From Gallionellaceae bacterium (GTDB lineage: Bacteria; Pseudomonadota; Gammaproteobacteria; Burkholderiales; Thiobacillaceae), in NCBI GenBank assembly GCA_028714735.1, contig JAQTLU010000002.1, forward strand, positions 443,840-483,839: 40,000 bases of DNA, read 5' to 3'. The translations under genes were made by a program, and so were the position numbers. Below are positions 25,812-34,449 of the stretch, in pieces. The notes beneath the pieces were generated by a model that was not told the origin of the DNA, made no database searches, and was given only the letters and a program-made list of their open reading frames with translations. The stretch's first letter is position 1. Each line of letters begins with the position of its first letter.

Positions 25812-28659
25812 CGGCTGCCTTCGTCCCGCTCCGGTCCTTCAGCAGGGCGGCTTGCTCCGCGCTGAAGCGGGCGTACTGCTGCTGCCATGCCGAGACCTGC
25901 TCCACCCTGGAGACCTGCACTGCGGTTACCTTGTATTCGGGGCAGTTGGTTGCCCAGTCCGAGTTTTCCGTGGTCACCACGTTGGCGCCCGAGCCGGGCC
26001 AATGGAAGGTGGTATAGACCACGCCTGGCTGCATGCGCTCGCTGATCTTCGCCCGCAGCACGGTTTCGCCGGCGCGGCTTGCCACGCCGACCCGGTCGCC
26101 GTCCCGTATGCCGCGGTCCTCGGCGTCCACCGGGTGCAGTTCGAGCAGGTCCTCGGGGTGCCATACGGTGTTGGCCGTGCGCCGGGTCTGGGCGCCCACG
26201 TTGTACTGGGACAGGATGCGGCCGGTGGTGAGCAGCAGGGGGAAGCGGCGGTTGACGCGCTCGTCGGTGGCGACGAACTCGGTCAGCATGAAGCGACCCT
26301 TGCCGCGCACGAACTCCGTCTCGTGCAGGGTGGGGGTGCCGGACGGATGTGCCTCGTTGCAGGGCCACTGGATGCTGCCCAGTTCTTCCAGCCGAGCATA
26401 GCTGACGCCATGGAAGCTGGGCGTGAGCCGGGCGATCTCGGCCATGATCTCGGCCGGGTCGGCATAGTGCATGGGGTAGCCGAGGGCGTTGGCCAGCATC
26501 TGGGTCACCTCCCAATCGGCATGGCCGGCCAGGGGGGGCATCACCTTGCGGACGCGGGAAATTCGCCGCTCCGCGTTGGTGAAGGTGCCGTCCTTTTCGA
26601 GGAAACTGGCCCCGGGCAGAAATACATGGGCGAACTTGGCGGTTTCGTTCAGGAACAGGTCCTGCACGACCAGGCATTCCAGCGCCTCCATGGCGGCGGT
26701 GACGTGCCGGGTGTTGGGGTCCGATTGCGCGATGTCCTCGCCCTGTACATAGAGGCCCTTGAAACTGCCGCCGATGGCGGCGTCGAACATGTTGGGGATG
26801 CGGAGCCCGGGTTCGCCGGACAGGGGCACGCCCCAGGCGGCCTCGAACTGCTTGCGGGTGGCTTCGTCGGAGACATGGCGGTAACCGGGCAGTTCGTGCG
26901 GGAAGGAGCCCATGTCGCAGGAGCCCTGGACGTTGTTCTGGCCGCGCAACGGGTTCACGCCGACGCCGGGACGGCCGATGTTGCCGGTGGCCATGGCCAG
27001 GTTGGCGATGCCCATGACCATGGTGGAGCCCTGGCTGTGCTCGGTTACGCCCAGGCCGTAGTAGATGGCGCCGTTGCCGGCCGTGGCGTAGAGCCTGGCG
27101 GCGGCGCGCAGCTCGGTCGCCGCCACGCCGGTCACGGCGGCGGTGGCCTCCGGGCTGTGGCGCGGATCGGCGATGAACGCCCGCCACTTGGCGAAGGGCT
27201 CGGCCTCGCAGCGTGCGGCCACGAAGGCCTCGTCCAGCAGGTTCTCGTCGACGATGACATGGGCCAGGGCGTTCACCAGGGCCACGTTGGTGCCCGGCCT
27301 GAGTTTCAGGTGCTGGCTGGCGCGGACGTGGGGCGTGTCTACCAGGTCGATGGCGCGGGGATCGACGACGATCAGCTTGGCCCCCTGGCGCAGACGTTGT
27401 TTCAGGCGGGAGCCGAATACCGGATGGCCGTCGGTAGGATTGGCGCCGATGACCAGGACCACGTCGGCCTGCATGACCGAATCGAAATCCTGGGTGCCGG
27501 CGGATTCCCCCAGGGTCTGTTTCAGGCCGTAGCCGGTGGGGGAGTGGCAGACCCGCGCGCAGGTATCGACATTGTTCACCCCGAAGGCCGCGCGGGTCAG
27601 TTTCTGCACCAGGTAGGTTTCCTCGTTGGTGCAGCGGGATGAGGTGATGGAACCGACGGATTCGGCGCCATATTTTTCCTGCAGGCGGCGGAATTCGGCG
27701 GCGGCATGGTTGATGGCGGCCTCCCAGCTGACGGCCTGCCATGGCTCGTGGATGGAACTGCGGATCATGGGGGTGGTGATGCGATCGGCATGGGTGGCAT
27801 AGCCCCAGGCGAAACGTCCCTTGACGCAGGCATGGCCGCGGTTGGCGCCACCGGCCGGATTCGGCACCATGCGGATCACCCTGTCGCCCTGCAATTCGGC
27901 GTCCAGGGCGCAGCCGACACCGCAGTAGGCGCAGGTGGTGGTGACGCTGCGCCGGGGTTGGCCCAGTTCGATGACCGATTTCTCCATCAGGGCGGCGGTC
28001 GGGCAGACGGCCACGCAGGCGCCGCAGGAGACGCATTCGGAGGCCAGGAAGTCGTCGCCACCGGCGGCGGCGATGCGGGTGTCGAAGCCCCGCTCGGTGG
28101 TGGTCAGGGCGAAGCTGCCCTGGATGTCGCTGCAGGCGCGCACGCAGCGGGAGCAGACGATGCACTTGGCCGGGTCGTAGGCGAAATAGGGGTTGGAGGT
28201 GTCCGCGGCTTCAGTCAGATGGTTGGCGCCGTCGGCAAAACGCACCTCGCGCAGACCGACCCGGCCGGCCATATCCTGCAACTCGCAGTTGCCGTTGGCG
28301 GCACAGGTGAGGCAGTCCAGCGGGTGGTCGGAGATGTACAGTTCCATGACGCCCCGGCGCAGACGGAACAGGGCATCGCTTTGGGTCGCCACCTGCATGC
28401 CCTCCTCCACCAGGGTGGTGCACGAGGCCGGGTAGCCGCGCCGGCCCTTCACCTCGACCACGCACAGGCGGCAGGAGCCGAAGGCTTCCAGTTGCTCGGT
28501 GGCGCACAGCCTGGGGATGTCGACGCCAGCCTCGGCCGCGGCATGCATGACGGAGGTGCCGGCCGGCACGGTGACGGTCATGCCGTCGATGCTCAGGGTG
28601 ACTTGCCGGCTGGAAACCCGTGCCGGGGTGCCGCGGTCGTGATGGCTATGCATGCTCAT
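25798..28659 (-). CDS. fdsA: NAD-dependent formate dehydrogenase alpha subunit (molybdopterin, Fe-S)
   Basis: Start at MSMHSHH (28659) overlaps the fdsB stop (ATGA). It has an N-terminal 2Fe-2S/4Fe-4S cysteine region followed by a molybdopterin oxidoreductase body. Upstream of that start, the 1030-aa track ORF overlaps the 3' end of fdsB in a different frame. Confidence 0.92.
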   Translation of the reverse strand: MSMHSHHDRGTPARVSSRQVTLSIDGMTVTVPAGTSVMHAAAEAGVDIPRLCATEQLEAFGSCRLCVVEVKGRRGYPASCTTLVEEGMQVATQSDALFRLRRGVMELYISDHPLDCLTCAANGNCELQDMAGRVGLREVRFADGANHLTEAADTSNPYFAYDPAKCIVCSRCVRACSDIQGSFALTTTERGFDTRIAAAGGDDFLASECVSCGACVAVCPTAALMEKSVIELGQPRRSVTTTCAYCGVGCALDAELQGDRVIRMVPNPAGGANRGHACVKGRFAWGYATHADRITTPMIRSSIHEPWQAVSWEAAINHAAAEFRRLQEKYGAESVGSITSSRCTNEETYLVQKLTRAAFGVNNVDTCARVCHSPTGYGLKQTLGESAGTQDFDSVMQADVVLVIGANPTDGHPVFGSRLKQRLRQGAKLIVVDPRAIDLVDTPHVRASQHLKLRPGTNVALVNALAHVIVDENLLDEAFVAARCEAEPFAKWRAFIADPRHSPEATAAVTGVAATELRAAARLYATAGNGAIYYGLGVTEHSQGSTMVMGIANLAMATGNIGRPGVGVNPLRGQNNVQGSCDMGSFPHELPGYRHVSDEATRKQFEAAWGVPLSGEPGLRIPNMFDAAIGGSFKGLYVQGEDIAQSDPNTRHVTAAMEALECLVVQDLFLNETAKFAHVFLPGASFLEKDGTFTNAERRISRVRKVMPPLAGHADWEVTQMLANALGYPMHYADPAEIMAEIARLTPSFHGVSYARLEELGSIQWPCNEAHPSGTPTLHETEFVRGKGRFMLTEFVATDERVNRRFPLLLTTGRILSQYNVGAQTRRTANTVWHPEDLLELHPVDAEDRGIRDGDRVGVASRAGETVLRAKISERMQPGVVYTTFHWPGSGANVVTTENSDWATNCPEYKVTAVQVSRVEQVSAWQQQYARFSAEQAALLKDRSGTKAADAPV

Positions 28660-30218
28660 GCCGTTTTCTCCACGGGCCTGGGCGCCAGGCCGAAGTCTTC
28701 CGGATAGTTGTCGAGGGCAGACAGGACCGGGTAGGGGGTCATGCCGCCCATGGCGCACAGCGAGCCCTCCAGCATGGTCTGGCAGAGGTCGCGCAACAGG
28801 GTGTCGTCGTTGCTCCGCTGCGGGCGCCGGGCCAGCATGGCGTCCAGCAATTCCACGCCGCGCACCGAGCCGATGCGGCAGGGCGTGCATTTGCCGCAGG
28901 ATTCCTGGGCACAGAAGGCCATGGCGTAGCGGGCCATCCCGGCCATGTCCACCGTATCGTCGAAGGCGACGATGCCGCCATGGCCGACCGTGGCCCCGAC
29001 GGCGGCAAAGGCTTCGTAATCCAGAGGCAGGTCGAAGCGGGACTCGGGCAGGTAGGCGCCCAGTGGTCCGCCCACCTGTACTGCGCGGATGGGCCGGCCG
29101 CTGGCCGAGCCGCCGCCGTAGTCATGCAGGAGTTCCCTCAGGCTGACGCCGAACGGGGCCTCCACCAAGCCAGGCCGCTTCAGGTTGCCGGCCAGTTGGA
29201 ACGGCAGGGTGCCCCTGGAGCGACCGCAGCCGTAGGCCGCGTAGGCCGCACCGCCATGGGCCAGAATCCAGGGCACGCTGGCCAGGGTGATGACATTGTT
29301 CACCACCGTGGGTTGCCCGAACAGGCCCTGCAACGCCGGCAGGGGCGGTTTGGCGCGCACCAGACCGCGCTTGCCCTCGATGCTTTCCAGCAGGGCGGTT
29401 TCCTCGCCGCATACGTAGGCGCCGGCGCCCTTGAACAGATGCAGATCGAAGCGGCGACCGCTGCCCAGCACGTTATCGCCCAGCAGCCCCTCCCGGGTGG
29501 CCCCGGCAATGGCCGCCTGCAAGATTTTCCAGGCATCCGGGTATTCGGAACGCAGATAGATGTAGCCGGTGTCGGCGCCCACGGCCAGGCCGCAGATGAG
29601 CATGCCTTCGATCAGGCTGTAGGGGTCGCCTTCCATCAGCATGCGGTCGGAGAAGGTGCCGGAGTCGCCTTCATCCGCGTTGCAGACGACGTATTTTCGG
29701 TCGCTGCCGGCATTCAGCACGGTGCGCCACTTGATCCCGGTGGGAAACCCCGCACCGCCGCGGCCGCGCAGGCCGGCGCTGTCGATGGTGTCGATGATGG
29801 CCTCCGGGGCCATGGCCAGGGCCTTGTGCAGGCCCGTCAGGCCGCCGTTGCTGCGGTAGGCCTCCAGTGATACCGGGTCGTCAAGCCCGAGGCGGGCAAA
29901 GACCAGGCGCGTCTGCCGCGCCAGTTGCGGGATGCTGTCGGTGGGGCCCAGGCACAGCGGATGCGTTCCGCCAGTCAGCCAGCCGGCTGCAAACAGGTCG
30001 GGCACATCCTCCGGTGCGACCGGCCCGTAGGCGATGCGGGTGCCGTTCGCTGCCACTTCGATCATGGGTTCGAGCCAGAAGAGACCGCGCGAGCCGTTCC
30101 GCACGATGGCCACTTCCTGGCCCAGGCGGCGGGCTTCCGCCGCCACGGCTTCAGCGGTCAGGTCGGCGCCGACGGAAACGGCGGCCGCATCGCCGGGGAT
30201 ATATAGGCGGGCGGTCAT
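28656..30218 (-). CDS. fdsB: NAD-dependent formate dehydrogenase beta subunit (NuoF-like, FMN/NAD binding)
   Basis: Start at MTARLYIPGD (30218) overlaps the fdsG stop. It has the NuoF motifs GLRGRGGAGFPTG and ESCGKCTPCR. Confidence 0.92.
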   Translation of the reverse strand: MTARLYIPGDAAAVSVGADLTAEAVAAEARRLGQEVAIVRNGSRGLFWLEPMIEVAANGTRIAYGPVAPEDVPDLFAAGWLTGGTHPLCLGPTDSIPQLARQTRLVFARLGLDDPVSLEAYRSNGGLTGLHKALAMAPEAIIDTIDSAGLRGRGGAGFPTGIKWRTVLNAGSDRKYVVCNADEGDSGTFSDRMLMEGDPYSLIEGMLICGLAVGADTGYIYLRSEYPDAWKILQAAIAGATREGLLGDNVLGSGRRFDLHLFKGAGAYVCGEETALLESIEGKRGLVRAKPPLPALQGLFGQPTVVNNVITLASVPWILAHGGAAYAAYGCGRSRGTLPFQLAGNLKRPGLVEAPFGVSLRELLHDYGGGSASGRPIRAVQVGGPLGAYLPESRFDLPLDYEAFAAVGATVGHGGIVAFDDTVDMAGMARYAMAFCAQESCGKCTPCRIGSVRGVELLDAMLARRPQRSNDDTLLRDLCQTMLEGSLCAMGGMTPYPVLSALDNYPEDFGLAPRPVEKTA

Positions 30219-30655
30219 GATTGATCGATCTCGTCCAGCAGGGTATCGAGCCGTTCCGCGCTGACCCGGCCTAGCAGCTTGCCATTCACCATCATGGCCG
30301 GAGAGCAGGCGCAGTTGCCCAGGCAATAGGCGGCTTCCAGGGTGTAGGCGCCGTCCCGGGTGGTTTCTCCGAAGGCGATGCCAAGTCGCTGGCTGGCATG
30401 TCCGGCCAGCGCGTCCGCGCCCATCGCCTGGCACGATTCGGCGCGGCAGATCAGGAGCTGGCTGCGTCCCGGTGGGGTGCGCCGGAAGTCGTGATAGAAG
30501 CCGATCACGCCGATGATGTCCGCCTGCGACAGGTTGTGGATCTTGGCCAGTTGGGCGATGGCATGGTCCGGGATGTAGCCATGCTCCTCTTGCAGCCGGT
30601 GCAGGGCCGGCAGCAACCCGGATGGGTCGGCGCCAGGATGTGTCTGTTCGGGCAT
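30215..30655 (-). CDS. fdsG: NAD-dependent formate dehydrogenase gamma subunit (NuoE-like 2Fe-2S)
   Basis: Start at MPEQTHP (30655). It has the NuoE-type pattern LLPALHRLQEEHGYIP…CRAESC…CLGNCACSP. The upstream in-frame extension would run through the predicted promoter. Confidence 0.88.
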   Translation of the reverse strand: MPEQTHPGADPSGLLPALHRLQEEHGYIPDHAIAQLAKIHNLSQADIIGVIGFYHDFRRTPPGRSQLLICRAESCQAMGADALAGHASQRLGIAFGETTRDGAYTLEAAYCLGNCACSPAMMVNGKLLGRVSAERLDTLLDEIDQS

Positions 30656-30689
30656 GAAAATAATGTTTTGATAAGGAGATGCCAGTTGC

Positions 30690-30705
30690 AGCAAGTCGCA
30701 TGCCA
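30690..30705 (-). promoter_or_regulatory. Sigma-54 (-24/-12) promoter for fdsGBA-fdhD-fdsD-folK
   Basis: The minus strand reads TGGCAT-GCGAC-TTGCT with exact GG-N10-GC spacing. The element ends about 35 nt upstream of the fdsG ATG. Confidence 0.75.
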
Positions 30706-30745
30706 GCGTGATTCCGGCCCGGGCGTAAGCGTATTTGTACTTATA

Positions 30746-30758
30746 AATCAATGCTTTG
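30746..30758 (+). promoter_or_regulatory. IHF-like site (AATCAATGCTTTG matches WATCAANNNNTTR)
   Basis: It lies between the fds sigma-54 promoter (30690-30705) and the palindrome at 30804-30818, inside an AT-rich tract. It overlaps a TTGATCAA palindrome, which also gives an ATCAA-N4-TTG match on the other strand. Confidence 0.45.
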
Positions 30759-30803
30759 ATCAAGCCTTGTCGGCGACTGTCCGGCTTTCGACAGGCTGCC
30801 GGC

Positions 30804-30818
30804 GTGACAGTCTGTCAC
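30804..30818. promoter_or_regulatory. Perfect palindrome GTGACA-GTC-TGTCAC, a candidate enhancer-binding-protein site shared by the fds and mtoX promoters
   Basis: It has the same half-sites and spacing as the 17576-17594 palindrome, and is also preceded by GC. It is centred about 107 bp from the fds -24 element and about 143 bp from the mtoX -24 element. Confidence 0.65.
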
Positions 30819-30850
30819 CCTGTTCGGGTGGACGATCGGGACCAAGGACT

Positions 30851-30865
30851 GCGACAAAATGTCAC
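30851..30865. promoter_or_regulatory. Near-palindromic third copy GCGACA-AAA-TGTCAC, plus a downstream half-site CAGTCTGTCAC at 30877-30887
   Basis: There is one mismatch to GTGACA-N3-TGTCAC, and it is followed by GC as in the 17.5-kb copy. The 11-mer CAGTCTGTCAC at 30877-30887 is identical to 30808-30818. Both lie 70-100 bp upstream of the mtoX -24 element. Confidence 0.5.
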
Positions 30866-30952
30866 GCCTGAAAAATCAGTCTGTCACGAGAAGGGGGAGT
30901 GCGTTTTTTGGTGAAATACCGTATGTCATTGATATGTAACTATTAATTGTGT

Positions 30953-30968
30953 TGGCACGGTTGCTGCT
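30953..30968 (+). promoter_or_regulatory. Sigma-54 (-24/-12) promoter for the mtoX operon
   Basis: The plus strand reads TGGCAC-GGTTG-CTGCT with GG-N10-GC spacing, about 100 nt upstream of the mtoX ATG. It is preceded by an AT-rich tract (ATATGTAACTATTAATTGTG). Confidence 0.7.
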
Positions 30969-31065
30969 GTAGTCCCCGGGTAGCTTTGCGCTGCCGGCGT
31001 CGTTTAGGAGCCCCGCTTGCGTGGCTGCTGTGCGCTTGATTCTGTGGATGACTCAGGAGACTAAT

Positions 31066-32454
31066 ATGACTAAATGCAATAAACGCAATTCCATCAAGAC
31101 CCTGGCGGCGGCAATTTCCGCCGCGGTGGCTTTGGCCGTGACGGCCCTTCCTGCCACCAGTATTGCCGACGAAACCAGTTGTTCCCCCTTCACCCCCCTC
31201 ATCAAGGGACAGGAAGACTTCGTCTATGTCTGGACCCTGGGCGTGGAAGGGCTTGGCGACGGTTCCGACAAGTTGGTGACCGTGGATGTGAACCCCAAGT
31301 CGAAGAATTACGGCAAGGTCATCAACAGCCTGTCGGTAGGCGGCCGCAACGAAGCACACCACATCGGCCTGTCCGATGATCGTCGCTACGTCTGGGGTGG
31401 CGGTCTGGACAGCAGTCATATCTTCATCTTTGATGTCGCCACCGACCCGGCCAAGCCGAAACTGGTCAAGGTCATCAAGGACTTCGTAGAGAAATCCGGC
31501 GGTATCGTCGGTCCCCATACCTTTTACGCCGCCCCCGGCCGCATGATCATCACCGGCCTGTCCAACAACCAGGACCACGGCGGTGTGACGGCCCATGTCA
31601 TCTACAACAACAAGGGCGACTACATCAAGACCGTGCAAGTCCCCACCGGCGAGGTCGGCGGGGCGATGGGCGATGGCTACAACTATGACGTCGCCATCAA
31701 CCCGCGCAAGAACGCGATGCTGTCCACGTCGTTCACCGGCTGGAACAATTACATGATGGACCTGGGCAAGATGGTGAAGGATCCGGAGGCGATGAAGCAC
31801 TTCGGCAACACCTCCGTCATGTGGGACTTCAAGACCATGAAGCCCATCAAGGTGTTCAGTACCCCGGGCGCGCCCCTGGAGGCGCGCTGGAACTGGGGCA
31901 AGGGGGACGACTTCGCTGTGACCACCACGGCGCTGACCTCCAACATCTGGGTGTTCAAGCAGGATGACAAGAAGGAATGGCAGGCCCATAACGTGGGGAC
32001 CATCGGCAATCCGGCCGATATCCCGCTGCCGGTCGATATCTCCATGGCCGCGGACGGCAAGGCCATGTGGATCAATACCTTCATGGATGGAACCACGCGC
32101 TTCTGGGACTTTTCCAACCCGATGAAGCCGAAGGAAGTCTATACGAAGAAGATCGGCTCCCAGGTCAATATGGTGTCCCAAAGCTATGACGGCAAGCGCG
32201 TCTACTACACCTCTTCGCTGCTCGGCAACTGGGACAAGAAGGGCAAGGACGACGAGCAGTTCCTGAAGATGTACAACTGGGACGGCAAGGACCTGAAGCT
32301 CGGCTTCGAGATCGATTTCTACAAGGAAAAGCTCGGTCGCGCCCACCATATGAAGTTCCAGGCTCGCAACATGAATACGCTGCGGCCGCTACATGCTGAA
32401 GCGGACAGGCTGGACAGCGTGCGTCTGGCTAGCACCGAAACGCCTGCCAAGTAA
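31066..32454 (+). CDS. mtoX: Selenium-binding-protein (SBP56) family protein, methanethiol oxidase type
   Basis: 462 aa. The ATG is preceded by CAGGAG. A Sec-type signal peptide is present (MTKCNKRNSIKTLAAAISAAVALAVTALPATSIA/DE). SBP56-like beta-propeller sequence runs throughout. It is followed by SCO1/SenC and MauG-like genes, the context reported for mtoX in Hyphomicrobium sp. VS. Confidence 0.85.
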   Translation: MTKCNKRNSIKTLAAAISAAVALAVTALPATSIADETSCSPFTPLIKGQEDFVYVWTLGVEGLGDGSDKLVTVDVNPKSKNYGKVINSLSVGGRNEAHHIGLSDDRRYVWGGGLDSSHIFIFDVATDPAKPKLVKVIKDFVEKSGGIVGPHTFYAAPGRMIITGLSNNQDHGGVTAHVIYNNKGDYIKTVQVPTGEVGGAMGDGYNYDVAINPRKNAMLSTSFTGWNNYMMDLGKMVKDPEAMKHFGNTSVMWDFKTMKPIKVFSTPGAPLEARWNWGKGDDFAVTTTALTSNIWVFKQDDKKEWQAHNVGTIGNPADIPLPVDISMAADGKAMWINTFMDGTTRFWDFSNPMKPKEVYTKKIGSQVNMVSQSYDGKRVYYTSSLLGNWDKKGKDDEQFLKMYNWDGKDLKLGFEIDFYKEKLGRAHHMKFQARNMNTLRPLHAEADRLDSVRLASTETPAK

Positions 32455-32458
32455 TCTG

Positions 32459-33208
32459 ATGGTCCTTCCTCGCAACGGCCTCTTGAAGGCTTTACACCTC
32501 CCCTTCTGGGGGGGTGTTTTTTTTCTCCTGCTGCAGTCTTTCGGGATTCACTGGGCCCATGCCGCGTCACCCGACAACAGCCTGAAAGCAATCGAAACCG
32601 CCGATACGGTCGTGCCGGATTATGTGCCGCCCAGACCGGGCAGCTATGAGCTCATGCGGATCATGACGGCTGCCGATGGCGAGGTGCTGGATGTGGATGG
32701 CAAGCCGAGGCACCTGTCCGAATTCACGGGCGGCAAGGTGACACTGCTGTCATTCATCTATTCCACCTGTGCCGATCCCAACGGCTGCCCCTATGCCTAC
32801 CAGGTTTTCCATAACCTGAAAAACCGCCTGGCAAAAGAGCCCAGACTGCATGGCAAGGTGCGCCTGGTAAGCCTCTCTTTCGATCCGAAACGGGATACCC
32901 CCGAGATGCTGAGGCTGTATGCCGGCGACAACGCGCTGCCCAATCAGCCCGTACAATGGGATTTTCTGACCACGGCCTCCTACAAGGAATTGATGCCCAT
33001 CCTGGACAGTTTTGGCCAGGATGTTTTTATCGAACTGGACCCGGTCACGCAACAGCCTTTGGGTACCCTGAACCATGTGCTCAAGGTCTTCCTCATCGAT
33101 CGTGAGCGCGTGGTGCGCGAGATCTATACAACCGTCTATCTCCAGCCCGATGTGACCTACAACGACATTCTCACCCTCCTGATCGAACAGGGAATCGAAC
33201 TGCCATGA
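32459..33208 (+). CDS. SCO1/SenC-family copper chaperone (thioredoxin fold) with atypical Cys spacing
   Basis: Start at MVLPRNG, 4 nt after the mtoX stop, with an N-terminal hydrophobic anchor. The motif is FIYSTCADPNGCPY (C-x5-C where SCO1 normally has CxxxC), and a downstream NHVLKVFLID histidine block is present. Confidence 0.8.
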   Translation: MVLPRNGLLKALHLPFWGGVFFLLLQSFGIHWAHAASPDNSLKAIETADTVVPDYVPPRPGSYELMRIMTAADGEVLDVDGKPRHLSEFTGGKVTLLSFIYSTCADPNGCPYAYQVFHNLKNRLAKEPRLHGKVRLVSLSFDPKRDTPEMLRLYAGDNALPNQPVQWDFLTTASYKELMPILDSFGQDVFIELDPVTQQPLGTLNHVLKVFLIDRERVVREIYTTVYLQPDVTYNDILTLLIEQGIELP

Positions 33209-34401
33209 TCTTTTCCCGGGCCTTGTTCTGGCTGCCCATCGGCGTTTTCTATGCCTCATGGGCTTTTGCCCTGGGTACGCCGGTCAACCTCGAGGTGCCC
33301 CTGGGATTGCCGCCTCTGACGGTGCCTGCGGTCAACCCCCTGACCAAGGAGAAGATCGACCTGGGCCGCCGTTTGTTCATGGACCGGCGTCTGTCCCACA
33401 ACAACACCATGTCCTGCGCGATGTGCCATGTGCCCGAGCAGGGCTTCACCTCCCATGAACTGGGTACGGCCATCGGACTGGAAGGTCGCAGCCTGCGGCG
33501 CAACTCCCCGACGATTTACAACGTGGGCTACCAACGCTCCCTGTTCCACGAAGGGCGCGAGCCGCATCTGGAAGACCAGGTCTGGGGACCCTTGCTGACC
33601 AAGGTGGAAATGGACATGCCGTCGATCGGCTATGTGGTCGAGAAGGTACGGCAATTGAAGGAGTACGAAGGTCTGTTCGAAGCCGCTTTCGGCGGGCCGG
33701 TCAACGCCGAGCGCATCGGCCAGGCCCTGGCCAGTTGGGAGCGCACCATGATTTCCGGCAACTCCCGATTCGACCGCTGGTTCTACGGCGGCCAGAGGGA
33801 TGTGCTGAATGCGGAAGAGCAATTGGGTTTTCAGGTCTTCACTGGCAAGGGGCACTGTTCCACCTGCCACCTGATCGGGGAGAAATCCGCCTTGTTCACC
33901 GATCATAAATTCCACAACACCGGATTGGGCTGGGAACGCACCATGTTCCCCGAGCGCAACAACTACCGGGTACAACTCGCCCCCGGCATCTTCGTCCAGG
34001 TGATGGGCTCACTCCTGAAGTCATTCGAGCCGCCCCAGGCCGACGTCGGGCGCTATGAGGTCACCATCGATACCAAGGACCGCTGGGCCTACAAGACCCC
34101 CGTCCTGCGCAACGTGGCGGTCACCCAGCCTTATATGCACGACGGCTCCCTGTCGACGCTGGAGGATGTCGTCGAGTTCTACGACAAGGGCGGTATCGAC
34201 AACGACAACAAGTCGCCACTGCTGCAACCGCTCAAGCTGAGCAGCGCGGAAAAAGCCGCGCTGGTGGCCTTCATGAAGACCCTGACCGGGGATAACCTGG
34301 CGGCGTTGACGCACGACGCGCGGATGGCACCGGCTTCGCCGCCCAGTCTGGAGCAAGACCCCTCCGACGCCTATATGGATGCCATCGCCGTCTATCCCTG
34401 A
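33205..34401 (+). CDS. Di-haem cytochrome c peroxidase / MauG-family protein
   Basis: 398 aa with a signal-like N-terminus and two haem c motifs, CAMCH and CSTCH. The CCP/MauG-type sequence includes …PVLRNVAVTQPYMHDGS…. There is an ATGA overlap with the SCO1 gene. Confidence 0.88.
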   Translation: MIFSRALFWLPIGVFYASWAFALGTPVNLEVPLGLPPLTVPAVNPLTKEKIDLGRRLFMDRRLSHNNTMSCAMCHVPEQGFTSHELGTAIGLEGRSLRRNSPTIYNVGYQRSLFHEGREPHLEDQVWGPLLTKVEMDMPSIGYVVEKVRQLKEYEGLFEAAFGGPVNAERIGQALASWERTMISGNSRFDRWFYGGQRDVLNAEEQLGFQVFTGKGHCSTCHLIGEKSALFTDHKFHNTGLGWERTMFPERNNYRVQLAPGIFVQVMGSLLKSFEPPQADVGRYEVTIDTKDRWAYKTPVLRNVAVTQPYMHDGSLSTLEDVVEFYDKGGIDNDNKSPLLQPLKLSSAEKAALVAFMKTLTGDNLAALTHDARMAPASPPSLEQDPSDAYMDAIAVYP

Positions 34402-34449
34402 GCGATGCGAAAGATGCAGCAAGCTGCGCCGAAACCGAAAGGAGTTTCC

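Noticed and set aside
31002-31012. 11-mer TTAGGAGCCCC shared between the mtoX leader and the region upstream of the small ORF (37279-37289).
   Set aside because: Exact 11-mer repeats are expected many times by chance in 40 kb on two strands. Flanking sequence does not extend the similarity convincingly.
31021-31065. GTG at 31021 (with AGGAG 10 nt upstream) as the mtoX start.
   Set aside because: The ATG at 31066 has a better-spaced SD (AGGAG, 6 nt) and yields a standard Sec signal peptide with a basic n-region. The longer form adds a hydrophobic, acidic extension before it.
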